The notes beneath the pieces were generated by a model. It was not told where the DNA came from, made no database searches, and was given only the letters and a program-made list of their open reading frames with translations. DNA of 63,920 nt, the filler included, from Neoconidiobolus thromboides FSU 785 (lineage: Eukaryota > Fungi > Entomophthoromycota): the NCBI GenBank assembly GCA_025603075.1. It is 10 parts of 10 records of this genome, joined end to end, with 100 filler letters (N's around TTAATTAATTAA, not from the genome) between each part and the next. Parts side by side here need not be neighbours in the genome. Positions count along the whole stretch, not along the records: positions 1 to 16,478 come from MU626590.1; positions 16,579 to 20,717 come from MU626792.1; positions 20,818 to 25,462 come from MU626776.1; 7 more parts are not named here. One strand, 5' to 3'. The position numbers and the translations under genes were made by a program. Below are positions 13,154 to 25,162 of this stretch, one piece after another (position 1 is the first letter of the stretch; every line of letters starts with the position of its first letter).

Positions 13154-15347
13154 GCTAAAAACAGTCACACATTAGTTTATTTTGTTTTATTTTGTTTTAT
13201 TTTATAGCACTATTAAATATTGAATTCCCTATTACTGCTTTTTCAAAGTGAATCTATTATTTAAAAATAATAAGCCCCTTATTTTAAACTAGATAACCAA
13301 AATTACAAAAAATGATATAACTTTAAAATATTAATTTTACTTCATAATAAAATCTACAAGCTATAAAGAAATATAATTTCAAAGCTATATATTTATAGTC
13401 CTTAAAAGATCCCAGTCAAGAGATATGGGCGTATACATAGCTCTTTGTGTTTTAAGCTCAGAGCTTTAAGATCCATCCCTCCTTAAATTTCTTGATTACG
13501 GTATTGGAGTAAGGTGAGTAAGTGAATAGCTTAAAAAAGCCTAAAATTTACCTTAGTAAAGCAAAGAAAATGAATGTTCAAAGAAAACGCTAAATAAATT
13601 AAAAGATGAAATTAGATTGACCAGCCCTAACCTTAACATTAACTTTAGCTTTAATCATTCTATTTAAATAAAACGCAATATACTACTTTAAATTATGTTA
13701 ACATCCTATTAATTTTACTTTATGACAAAATAATCCTTTATCAAAAAACTTCGATCTTTTACTCACTTTATTCTAATACCATAACCAATTTCTTTTTCTT
13801 AAATGTCATTACCTGATAAAAGAATTTAGCATATTTCTACCAATAAAAGTCATAATCAGGTGACTAAAAATAGATCTATTAAAAGTTTTTTTAGACTTCA
13901 AGTTTCTATAAAGGCGATTTTTTGAATTCTATTTATGTCTTTCACTTTTCCTCACTTATTTCTTTATATGTAGCTTGTTATTGGCATATTAGTTTAATAG
14001 ATATTATGGAAGGGACAGTGACGATTGATCTTCGATATACTGCATCTCTAAAGAAAATCTCAGCAAGCTGATACAAAACTTTTTGATATTTAAATGTAAA
14101 TAAAAATGAACAAAACAAAACATTAAATTATATAAAGTCATCATTTTTTGCTTTATTCATAAAAACTTACCTCACGATTTTTTAAATTTTGTTTACTTTT
14201 AGAGAATTACTGTCAAAATAAATTTAGATTAACAATCTACACAAAACCTTTGTTAGCTTACAATTTAATCATCCTACCCCCTCATTCTTACCTTTCAATC
14301 CCACTGCTCACCACATATAATAAGAATTATTATCAAAGTGGGAGTTGAAGTGGAACTATTTCGTCTTTCTCAATTTGCAAAAGATAAGATGAGTTTGGAT
14401 CCTCTTCCTATGCTTCCATAAGGCAAGCATTAATGGTGTAGTTCCTAGTGGTCACAACATCTAGTATTTAATCGTCTCATTTTAGTTAATAAAATACTTA
14501 GCGGTCATGCCTTCCAAGAGAAACAGAAAATAACTAATTTGTTCAGATTTTTTATTTTAAAGAGCAGTGATGAGTGGAAATCCTGCAAATCATTATTACT
14601 AATAGCTTGTATTATATCTTATCCTATAAGATACTGTATTGCATATTGACTAATAGAATGAAAAATAAACATATAATTAGATCAATTGCTGTATACAAAT
14701 CTGCTCAAGCTATAAGGTACTAATATGGATATCAATCTATATACTAAAGGAGTAATTTAAGAATAAATGATATAGATCGAAATGGCATAAGTTACTATAT
14801 CTGCATATGTTTTAAACTAAAGAGCAATGATTTTATAAATTTCAAAAAACCGCCTGGGACCTCTAGAGCTGTTTTAAGAATTTAAGAAATGTGAGTGTAA
14901 AAATGAATAATTTAAACAGTTTTTATGGTTGACCCTTCTATACTTCAAGTTTGATTATTTAAGACTACTGAATTTCATAAAAGTACTCAAACATAAAAAT
15001 TTCACTCTATGGGAAACTAGGATTTATGAAATATATTGTTTTTTCTCCATTTATTCCCTAAGATTTTCATGCTATTTTTGATGGAATTTAGTCCAGTGCT
15101 GGATATACATGAGCTCCTTTGAAAGGAATTTCTGAAATTCACAAAACGTTCTATTGAATCCATTCCTTCTTGTATTATCTGCTAAAAAAATTTAGACTCC
15201 CATACGTTGGTAAGGCATATTCAAGTGACTCAGGGATTAATTTTTAAATATTTATTAGGTATTAGATTTCTATGATGATAATCCTTTGGATTTTACGTGT
15301 TAAATCCCTTCTTTATATAAAAATATTGCTATTAACTTCGTTTCAGT

Positions 15348-15451
15348 ATATGAGGATATATTTTTTTGCTCAAGAATTTTACTAACAATTTTTCCACTCA
15401 AATAATCCTTAAAAGATGAAAAAGTGATGAAATCAAAAAAAATACTCATAT
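15348..15451 (+). mobile_element. MITE family A copy
   Basis: ATAT-GAGGATAT...ATACTC-ATAT, with the consensus core. Confidence 0.85.
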
Positions 15452-16116
15452 ATACTTTAGAAAGAAAACAACAACGATTTATTACCTTTATTAACTTATA
15501 TGATCTTAGATTGGTTACTAATCTAAACGTGTATAAATTGCAAGGTGTTGATCTGTATCTTAACCTCTAGACCAAATGAACAACTTAGGTGGTGTTTACT
15601 TATTCTCGCCGATTAGAATATCCATTATATAAGTTAAAAAAATCCCAACTACTACAGATATGTCTATTTCAAAGTAAATATATATAGATGGATGCTTTCA
15701 TATAAATCATAGAAATTTCCGAAAATGATAACAATAACAGTGATAAAAATCGTACCGCTTAAAGTAACTATTTTAATAAATAGATTCCCATAATTTATCA
15801 GTTTAATTGATTTAATCAATTGATATCTAACATTCAGTAAGGATATAATAATAATAATAATAGTGTTCTAAGTTTGATAAAACACAATAAATAAAATATC
15901 ACTTAATCTTTTACAAAAAAATATTTGAAAAGGAGCAATAAGTGGGGTAAACCTCAAATTAAGATATACTAAGTTTTGCAAGTTTATAAAATTAGAATAT
16001 TATAACTGTGCCACATTTTGAACTACATTGCTTAGTATAGCAGTATAGTGTGTTATAAATATCAAATATACTGCTAAGGAATTAAAAGTCCTGTATAATC
16101 ATTTTAGAAGAATAGC

Positions 16117-16478
16117 AAATATACAAAATATGATAAAAGTATTAAACTAAAAAAAGAAATTGAGGTAAATTTAATGAAACAAATTAATTGTAACAGTAAC
16201 ACTTTAGAAATATTAGATTTAAATGCTACTATTTTACTTTAAAAATACTATTAGATCTATATTCAATTCTACTTATATAATAATGCTTAGTGTTTGATAA
16301 AGTCTTACTGCAATTATTAAGATAATGAATATAATAATATATAGATTTAGCACTTTAATAATAAATACTTTTACATGAGAAAATCTTCATTTCTAATATT
16401 CATTAAAAAACTATTGGCTGAAAGTAAAAAATTAATATTACCAGCAAACTGCAATATTTTAAAAATCGGATTTATTAG
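16117..16478 (-). repeat. Inverted repeat arm at the right end of contig 1
   Basis: Reverse complement of 1-363; ends on the base corresponding to position 1. Confidence 0.95.
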
Positions 16479-16578
16479 NNNNNNNNNNNNNNNNNNNNNN
16501 NNNNNNNNNNNNNNNNNNNNNNTTAATTAATTAANNNNNNNNNNNNNNNNNNNNNNNNNNNNNNNNNNNNNNNNNNNN
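16479..16578. other. Artificial contig spacer (44 N + TTAATTAATTAA + 44 N)
   Basis: The same 100-nt spacer recurs at 20718-20817, 25463-25562, 44981-45080, 50572-50671, 53227-53326, 54603-54702, 56336-56435 and 59308-59407. The linker has stop codons in all six frames. Confidence 0.98.
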
Positions 16579-17449
16579 TCTCATTACCCTCGCCGACTTG
16601 GTATATGCTCTTTGGGGCGTGATCCATACCAGTATTCGTTTTTCCACCGATAAACTTATACTATTTGATCCTACATGGTGTGCTGTCTCTATGTTTATTA
16701 ACTCCTTTTCAATTATGTTAAGTATAGGACTGGTAGCTTTGTTAGCTTGCTTGAGGTATTTTAAAATTGTATTGGGATGGAATGGGGAAGCTAAGATGTT
16801 TGCTTGGGTTACTGTGGGTTATGTATTGTTTTGTGGTGTATTAAGTGCATTGGCATTGGTATTTACAGAATGGAAACCATTAGGTGCCGCTGTTTGGTGT
16901 CAACCATGGAATTTGGATAACAAATTTGATTTGATTTATTTAATTGTAACAACAGTGATGTATGGATTACAAGTCATTGCTTTGACTATTTTTTATGTGT
17001 TCATTACATTAAGATTTGTGCAAAAATTAAACCAATATCAATTTACTATGGAGAGTAACAATATTGATGGACAAAGTGGTATTTCCGCTTCAACTACACC
17101 AACCTCAATAGGCCACATAGACCATATGCATAATTACAATATCAAAAAAAGAAACAATCGACAAAGCACAAGTATATTAATAAAAATGACATGCTTAATA
17201 TTTTTTTATTTATGTACTATCTTACCTTATGTAATTGTCACTTTATCTGAAATAATTCAATTTAGAGAAAGGGATAGAGTAGCGGATGCGATACTGGCAA
17301 TCACTATCAATTGTATTAATTTAGTCAATCCATTATTTTTGGTCTTGTTACATGAACCTACAAAGAGGGATTTCTATTATTTAATGGGAGTTTGGTATAA
17401 TTGGATTTTTAGTTCCAATAAGAAGTTGGCTTTTACTGTGGTTCAGTAG
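16579..17449 (+). CDS. Rhodopsin-like (class A-type) 7TM receptor, 3' part (TM2-TM7)
   Basis: LITLADL (TM2), Cys before TM3, ACLRY (DRY-like), WCQP in ECL2, LCTILPY (TM6), NLVNP (TM7). Starts at the contig edge. Confidence 0.85.
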
Positions 17450-20400
17450 GTAGTTGAAGTTTTTTCTAATGACCCTTTTTTAATAATAATAAAATTCAAT
17501 AATACGTAAAAAAGTATAATAAAGCATACATTCTTTTTTTAAATTATTGATTATAAATAAACAGGATATCAATAATAGTTGGTAATATTTTTAAAAATTA
17601 AGAATTTTTGTTTTTTTGGAAGCCCTAGACCCTTTCAGGCAAGTATTTTATTTATTATAACTAAATCAATGATACAGGAAGAAAAAAGCCTAGGACTAAC
17701 TGACTCTCTCTTGTTTCCTTTAAGAGTTACAGTTACACCATGAAGAAGTTAAATAAGTTACAATCGATCATGCTATGCGCTATTCTACAAAGAAATTTGT
17801 AGCTGATAAATCAGTATCCGCATCTTTGGCAGAATGTTCACAATGTAAATAGTAAGTGCTCCACAGGACTGATTCAATAAAGGCTGTACTGAAAGTAAAT
17901 CCAAAGCTAGATAGAAGGACTTAAAGATAACTAAGAGATAAGAGAGCAGCATCAATTAAAAAACATAAATTTCCAAGAATATCCTAGACCATGAGTTTAA
18001 TGCATAAAAAATTCAAAAAAATAAACTAATTTTTAAAACAAGCAAAGGTTTTTTAATAAGGGATACTGTAATAAATTGCAATAGTGGAAGCTATTAGTTG
18101 TAAAATAGTAGTTGGTTCCAAAGAAAAAAAATTCTAAAAAGTATAACTGCTATTACTGCTAATTGTTTTTTTAATAAAAAGATTAAATTACTTTAGAAAC
18201 TACTTTATCATGATTTATTTTAAACAAAGGTGCTATAAACTATTAAGACTATTAACATTGAAACAATAGGATTTGAAAACGTGTAGTAACACTTAAAGAG
18301 CTCATTCTACTTTGAAATCTGCAAACAATTTATACTAACAAAATTTTAGCAATAGGGGCCCTCTTGTTTTGTCAGATTTTGCTATACATTGCCGTAAAAT
18401 AGCTCAGAGAGCTCAAAGATTTGAATGCTTTTAATTATTATTTTTCATCTTAATTATAAAAAATAATATTTGGATATATATGTTTGAGCTCTCGGAACTA
18501 TTTTTATAGTGACTGTAGATATAATTTCAAGTGCCATTGGGCTTTAATAAAGTTTTAGGCTAAGTAGTATTTTCATTTAAGATAGTAATAAGTGGATAAA
18601 GTGGTTGAATTTTTGTGAAGTAGTAGCACTACCTCAGTAAATCATGTAATCAAAAAAAATGAAAAATTGTTTGCATTGTTTGATGAGTATGATTTTTTTG
18701 TATTTATGTTGTATAAGGAAAACAAAATAACAATATGAAAAAGCACGTTTATATATTGACTTTAATAAAGGTATATTAGAGCTCAGCTTACTAACATTAA
18801 CTCTAATTTAATTTTGATACCATGAGTTTTGATATTAAAGTTGTTAGATTAGCTATTATCAAAGTAATCCAAATATGGCTTCTCTTATATAATTTAAAAG
18901 TATTATAAACTAAATGTAGCTTTGTAGTTACGATTTAACTAATCATTTTCTTACTCTTACTTTACTAAACCTTCAAGCTATGTAAGAGAAGTCACATTCA
19001 AATTACTTTAGTAATATCATTTTTACCTAAAACAATAAATAGTGTTTGAATCTTTACAGAAGATTAGCATTACCTTGGTAGATTATATAATCAAGTGAAT
19101 GAAAAAGAAAACTAATTCAAACTATTTAATTTCAGTGATTGATCGAAAAATATTAACTTAATTCAATTCAGTTCTAATTTTAAAAACTATAAGACCTTAT
19201 TACTTTTTAAAGCTAAGAATAAATAAGATCAGTAAAAAAATCACTAAACTGTATACTTTTAAATGCAGTTAAGTTTCGTATTCAAATTGCTATAATATCC
19301 AAGTTTGTGAATTTCTACTTTATTTAAAACATTGATAAGTGAATAAGATGGCTGGATAACTCTATGAAGAAGTAACGTTATTTCAGTAAGCTATAAAATT
19401 CAAGTAATTAAAAAAAAGATAAAGTGAGGCTTACTATTAGGCCAGATGATTCATGCTGGTATCATATAGCGTATCAAAAAACAACAAAAAAGATAACCGC
19501 AGCAATTTAAATAGTTACTTCAAAATAGGCTTTGTTTTTAGACATTAAGAATATTTTTTGTTCTAGCTATATTTTTACTACTTTTTTAAGGCCCATGAGT
19601 TATATTAGCATTAATGGTCTGACTTAATATTAAGATGGAAATGATTGGGATAGAATTAGTTTCTTATTCAAAGAGATAATAGCGAAAGGATTTAGTAACA
19701 AACTATGACTATTCAATGGACTATTGATGTTATATTGTTATTATAATAATATATAGTTGAGTGGATAGAAAAACAAACATAAAACCGTAAAAGTAATAAA
19801 ACTAAGTGACTGTTTTTCATATTTTTAACTAACTTTTCAAAACCATAGAAATGAAAGGTTACATAATTGAAGAATAATTAAATTTAAGTTTGTTATTAGT
19901 GTTTATTCAAGAAAGCTATTTTTATTAAAAATCAGATTTAGTTTCTATATACCAAATATAAACATTTTTATTAAATGATACTAAATGCTTTAAAAAGGAG
20001 AGGGTCAGGTTACAGTTTTACTTTTCAATATGATGGCAGTAGTTCTTAATTTTGATATACAGTTTGGTCAAGGATTTATATGATTAATAAGCTCCTTAAA
20101 TTACTACTATAAATAAAAAATTAAAACGTCTGTTATGGTTAAAAGTTAATGTTTCAACTTATGTAGCATGTTCGTAAAAATTATAGTACAAAAAAATTGG
20201 TATCATTTTTAAATAGTTTGCATGAATAATTAGCATTGTAAAGAAGAAATATTCTCTAATATAAAAAACAGCTGTAGTTTAAAATAAACTAGAATTTATC
20301 ATAACTTTTTTAAATTTTTTATTTAAAATTAAAAATCATTGTTAACAATATTATAAAACCGTTTTGATATACAACTCCATTTTGACTTTTAAAGTCTTTT

Positions 20401-20493
20401 ATTCAACTACGACGATAAAATAAACATATCTTTTTTGTTGTTTTGAAACATATTAATCAGTATATAATTACAATAACCAAATAAAACAAAAAA

Positions 20494-20717
20494 ATGGGCC
20501 CTACCCTTACATTTCCGCCTGATACCCTCCGATACCTCAACTATATCACTAGCATCTTAATCAATGTCATCTGTAACCTCTCTCTCATTCTTAATTTCAT
20601 TGTGATTTACCTCGCCTTCATTAAACAAAACCATAGTAAAGCATTTGACCTTCAACTCGTTCGTCTCATTACCCTCGCCGACTTGGTATATGCTCTTTGG
20701 GGCGTGATCCATACCAG
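20494..20717 (+). CDS. Rhodopsin-like 7TM receptor, 5' part (TM1-TM2)
   Basis: MGPTLTFPP...LILNFIVIYLAF...LITLADLVYALWGVIHT. The last 54 nt (20664-20717) are identical to the first 54 nt of the contig (16579-16632). The joined ORF would be 346 aa. Confidence 0.85.
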
Positions 20718-20817
20718 NNNNNNNNNNNNNNNNNNNNNNNNNNNNNNNNNNNNNNNNNNNNTTAATTAATTAANNNNNNNNNNNNNNNNNNNNNNNNNNN
20801 NNNNNNNNNNNNNNNNN

Positions 20818-20870
20818 GCAAGGACAGAAGTCAAAGCTAAGACAATCATGAAAGGAATAGATTTAACCAT
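20818..20870 (-). CDS. 5' fragment (signal peptide) of a paralog of the 25163 secreted protein
   Basis: 20818-~20913 is the reverse complement of ~25120-25215, covering the 5' leader and MVKSIPFMIVLALTSVL. Truncated by the contig edge. Confidence 0.8.
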
Positions 20871-22335
20871 TTTGATAATTAGAGTAGTATTAGTAATTTT
20901 AATAAATTAAGAAATAGATAAAATTGATTTTTGATATTAACTGTTGATATTTTTTCTGCCATTTATATAGTCTCAATAATGCTAGTCTATAGATTTTATT
21001 TTTAGCTTAAGGCTATTATTAGATAATACATACCCCCACTAAAAAGCTCAACTTTTGTCCTCCCTTAAATTGATGCTAATTTTTTGAATACCTTAATTTA
21101 TAAAACAACTGTTTCAACTGTATTGCAAACTATTTAACCACTTATTTAAGAGCAAAAGTCATGCTAAAGTATTAATAGAATATAGAAGTAAACCATTAAA
21201 GAAATCAGATAGATAAGCCATTTAGCTGTAAAAATTATCACCAAAAGTTCGCAAAATAGTTGAAAGACCTGTATAGCTATAGTTTGAGAAAAAAAGGGAA
21301 ACAAAGGAGTTATACCAGATTGAGATTGGGTGTCAAATTTTAAACCCAATTTTTTTAAAAGTTAGCTTTGTGGCATTGAACCCAACTTTTAACTTTTAAT
21401 TGGGATTTATAAGACTTTTGCCGAATTTAAAAACTCTAACTATAATTAATCAAGTTAACTAGCTAAAATTTAACTAAAATGTAGGTATGAGTAAAGCCTT
21501 TTGCCTTTTACAGAAACCATTCAGTACTAATGTTGAATAACAATATATCTGTTACCCATATTAGTCAATCTATGAGGTATTCGGTGTAGCTAAACTGAAC
21601 ATAATATCTAGATCTGTTCGAGTCTACAAACACCCAAAAACATTTGTATTTTGAAACAAAATTATCACTACCATAAATTGTTCATTAACATAGATAAAAA
21701 CTGACTAAAATTTTGTCTTATTGCATAATAGTCTTAACTATAAAATACCTCTAATAAAATTCGATCAAGCTCACACCTAAAACCCTGGAAATAAATAACT
21801 ATGGGTTGAATTAATTACTTTTAGGTTGATAGAATTGAACTCTAATAACTACTAAAATATCAAATTATTATAGCAATTTATTTTAGAAAATCACTACCTA
21901 TTCTATAGTAATTTACTTTATTTAACTAACATATATTAACCATCTTAAAGCATCTTATAGATAAAACTATTATCAAATTCAAGTAAAAAAACTGATGAAA
22001 AAATCATTTAATTTTAAAAATAATTCTTGTACATTTTAAACAGTCTCTATATAAGCCAATAAGTTTGTTTATATCAATTTACCCAATAATATCCACAAAA
22101 ACAATTCTCGAACTTGTACATTAAAGTTGATTTCACTGATGTTGTGGATCTAGAAGATTATCAAAAAACTACATCCGTAAATGTGTTTCACCATAGCGGC
22201 AACTCATTTAAAGCATTGCTACTAAAAAGGTTACTATTTATTAGCTCTATACCTTGATAGCCCTTTATGGCACATACTGAAAGCATTACTGAACCTCGAC
22301 AACAAATTTAATGAAATACTTATTGGACATTTAAA

Positions 22336-22429
22336 ACATAAGGATGTATTTTTTCGTTTAAGAATTTTTCCATTCAAATAGCGTTTAAAAAAATGAAAAG
22401 TAATGAAATCAAAAAAAAAATCCCCATAC
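22336..22429 (+). mobile_element. MITE family A copy with internal deletion
   Basis: AAGGATGTATTTTT...AAATCCCC; about 15 nt of the core is missing. Confidence 0.75.
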
Positions 22430-23190
22430 TCAAACTTCAGTGACTTATTTGATTGTCTTTTATCCATATTCTCCGCTTGTTTAGTTTTTAAAATAGATTT
22501 CGAAAGGCTATAGCGCCAAGTAACCCTGTTCAAATTAATATTATTAATGCCAATCAATCATATCAATACATAGGTGTTTTCAATGTATATGGACTTAACT
22601 GTAAATATCATATTGTCTTTGAACCATCAGAATCATATAACCGATAGCTATTACTTTATATCAGTAAAGCGGAATTTATTTAAAGTCTTAACTAAGAGAG
22701 GGATGCTTACATCAGACCAATAAATCAGATGATTAATTTTGAAACTACTTTCATATCTTTAATGCTTAATTAGACAATAAAATTCTAAATTCTTTTTATC
22801 ATCTTACTAAATCATAAAATTATACTAGTATGAGCGCACAATTGAAATGCTTTTAAAATGTCTACCCTTCTAAAGGCAATCCTTGAACTATTGAAACTAC
22901 ATAACTGTTTCCAGAATTTTCAAGTTTTGATACAAGTGCTTAAGCGTCTGAAAACAAAAACAAAAATAAAAATAAAAATACTATATTCTTATTTAAACAT
23001 CTTATAAAAAACATATCAAAACTAATGCTACAGTCCTCTTGAATTCATTAAATAATACACTCTACCTAACACAAGTATTAAAGCAATAAATAAAATTTCA
23101 AACTTAAGTTCAAAAGTAAAAGAGAAAGCTAATAGTACTTTCAAAATTTTAATAAATAGCTTTGGAAATTATCAATATACTTTTTTCCTA

Positions 23191-23757
23191 TTAGTAATAG
23201 CTAGATGGTGGGGATACAGGAGGAGTATTATAGCCTGGTGGAGATACAGGAGGAGTATTATAACCTGGTGGAGATATAGGAGGAGTATAATCGCCAGGAG
23301 GAGATACAGGAGGAGTATTGTAGCCTGGTGGAGATACAGGAGGAGTGTTATAACCTGGTGGAGATACAGGAGGAGTATTATAGCCTGGTGGAGATACAGG
23401 AGGAGTATTATAACCTGGTGGAGATACAGGAGGAGTATAGTCTCCAGGAGGAGATACAGGAGGAGTATTGTAGCCTGGTGGAGATACAGGAGGAGTGTTA
23501 TAACCTGGTGGAGATACAGGAGGAGTATTATAGCCTGGTGGAGATACAGGAGGAGTATTATAACCTGGTGGAGATACAGGAGGAGTATTATAACCTGGTG
23601 GAGATACAGGAGGAGTATATGATCCTGGTGGGGACACTGGAGGAGCGTTGTAACCAGGTGGAGTCACAGGTGGAGTCTTATAACTTGGAGGAGTAACAGT
23701 ATAAGAGTTAACACCTGCTAAAGCAGCTAATGTTACAGTAATTAAAAAAGATCTCAT
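23191..23757 (-). CDS. Secreted Pro/Tyr-rich decapeptide-repeat protein (extensin/PRP-like)
   Basis: Signal peptide MRSFLITVTLAALAGVNS, then 16 units of TPPVSPPGYN (variants GDY, GSY). Silent third-position variation between units supports coding on this strand. Confidence 0.9.
   Translation of the reverse strand: MRSFLITVTLAALAGVNSYTVTPPSYKTPPVTPPGYNAPPVSPPGSYTPPVSPPGYNTPPVSPPGYNTPPVSPPGYNTPPVSPPGYNTPPVSPPGYNTPPVSPPGDYTPPVSPPGYNTPPVSPPGYNTPPVSPPGYNTPPVSPPGYNTPPVSPPGDYTPPISPPGYNTPPVSPPGYNTPPVSPPSSYY
23198..23680. repeat. 30-bp coding minisatellite with a 150-bp higher-order period
   Basis: The unit variant order tagcc/taacc/tc(g,t)cc/ttgtagcc/gtgtta repeats every five units. Confidence 0.9.
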
Positions 23758-24509
23758 TAGGTAATAAATTATTAGTGTTGATAAATATTGTTAACTTTTT
23801 TTGTTGTTGTTAAAGATGGTTATATACTTTTTATTAGACACATCAATCTAAACTAGAGTTAAATCACTTCTAGATTTTTAATAATATAATTGAACTCAAT
23901 CTATTGTTATGGAGGTCAAATAAGAGATAATAAGCAAATAAAAAAGTTTAGTTAATTTTAGATGGTTTTAAATTGGGGTCTAACATGGGTGTTAATGTAT
24001 TTAAAAAATTCATATTATGCAAAGGAATAAAATCAAATGATTATGACTTAAGCCTTAAAGTTTAGTTCAAATTATTACACAAAATATATTGATAAAAAAT
24101 CTTGAAATTCTGTTAAATTTTAAGCTTAAGCACTAGCTAAGCAGTTTCTTGACTTGAGGCTTTAAACGAAAGAATTGTGTGCAAATAGACACCTTAGATA
24201 TGCATCTAAAAATTGCACTTAGGAGCTAAAAGTTTGAAATATAGTAAACACTTTTAATATTAAGACCCGTCTCATAAAATATAGTTCATATATAATGTGT
24301 TGTTTTAGTATTACCGAAAGGCGTAGTTAGTTGCAATAAAGTCCGTGTTATATTGTTCTATTCATTTTAGTATAGATTTTGGTTCCATCAAATTTTATTT
24401 TTGAACTGGCCTAGTATTTTTTAATTTTAGGGGGAAAGTAAAGTACTATAAAATTACTACCCAAATGGCTACTCAGTTTAAGCTTTTGAAAATTAAATAT
24501 AGGTCTGTC

Positions 24510-24830
24510 GTTTATGTTTAAGGGTCTTAAATGTCAAAGAAAAATGCATCTTCAACAAATAAAAAGATTTCTAGATAAATATTAAGCAAAAACGTTCTTA
24601 ATTCAGCTTTGCAATTCTATCATAACCCTAATTGACCATTTATTTGAGAGAATTTTAAATCAGGATCTAAGAACTAGATTAACAAATTTTGGCTCTAAAT
24701 TACCACAAATTGGGTCATAATAGAATTGCAAAGCCGAATTAAGAACGTTTTTGCTTAATATTTATCTAGAAATCTTTTTATTTGTTGAAGATGCATTTTT
24801 CTTTGACATTTAAGATCCTTCAACATAAAC
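24510..24830. mobile_element. Foldback element / long-TIR MITE
   Basis: 24525-24619 and 24721-24815 are 95-bp inverted arms with one mismatch; weaker complementarity extends both outward and inward. Confidence 0.85.
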
Positions 24831-24838
24831 TTGACAAC

Positions 24839-24944
24839 AATTGTAGATGTTTTTTTTGGTTTCATTACTTTTCCATTTTTTAAGCGCTATTTGAGTGGAA
24901 ATATTGTTAGCAAAACTCTTAAATACAAAAATACATCCCCATAT
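24839..24944 (-). mobile_element. MITE family A copy
   Basis: Reverse-strand consensus match ending ATACATCCCC-ATAT. Confidence 0.85.
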
Positions 24945-25162
24945 TCTAGAATGTCCATCTAATTCTAATTTACTATAAGGGGTGATAAATTTAAAACAAG
25001 CCAAAAATTTAGTATGTGTGAAAATCAAAAAATAAATCAATTAACCAAACATTCATAAAAATAAAGATATATAAACACTCGAAATAATACTCAAAAGAAT
25101 TATCAAAACAAACTAATATCTCTTAATTTATTAAAATTACTAATACTACTCTAATTATCAAA

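Noticed and set aside
16523-16534. TTAATTAATTAA palindrome recurring nine times inside N runs
   Set aside because: Artificial six-frame-stop linker. X-containing ORF extensions (20494, 25163, 45025, 53092, 54651) are artefacts of it.
17650-18700. Possible non-LTR reverse-transcriptase relic in the GPCR unit
   Set aside because: Only faint resemblance to QG, YxDD and GL motifs across many stops and shifts; not supportable without an HMM search
23328-23696. Plus-strand ORF of EIQEEYYNLV repeats
   Set aside because: Antisense shadow of the Pro-rich gene. It has no real start or signal, is broken by a TAG in one unit, and the variation is silent only on the minus strand.
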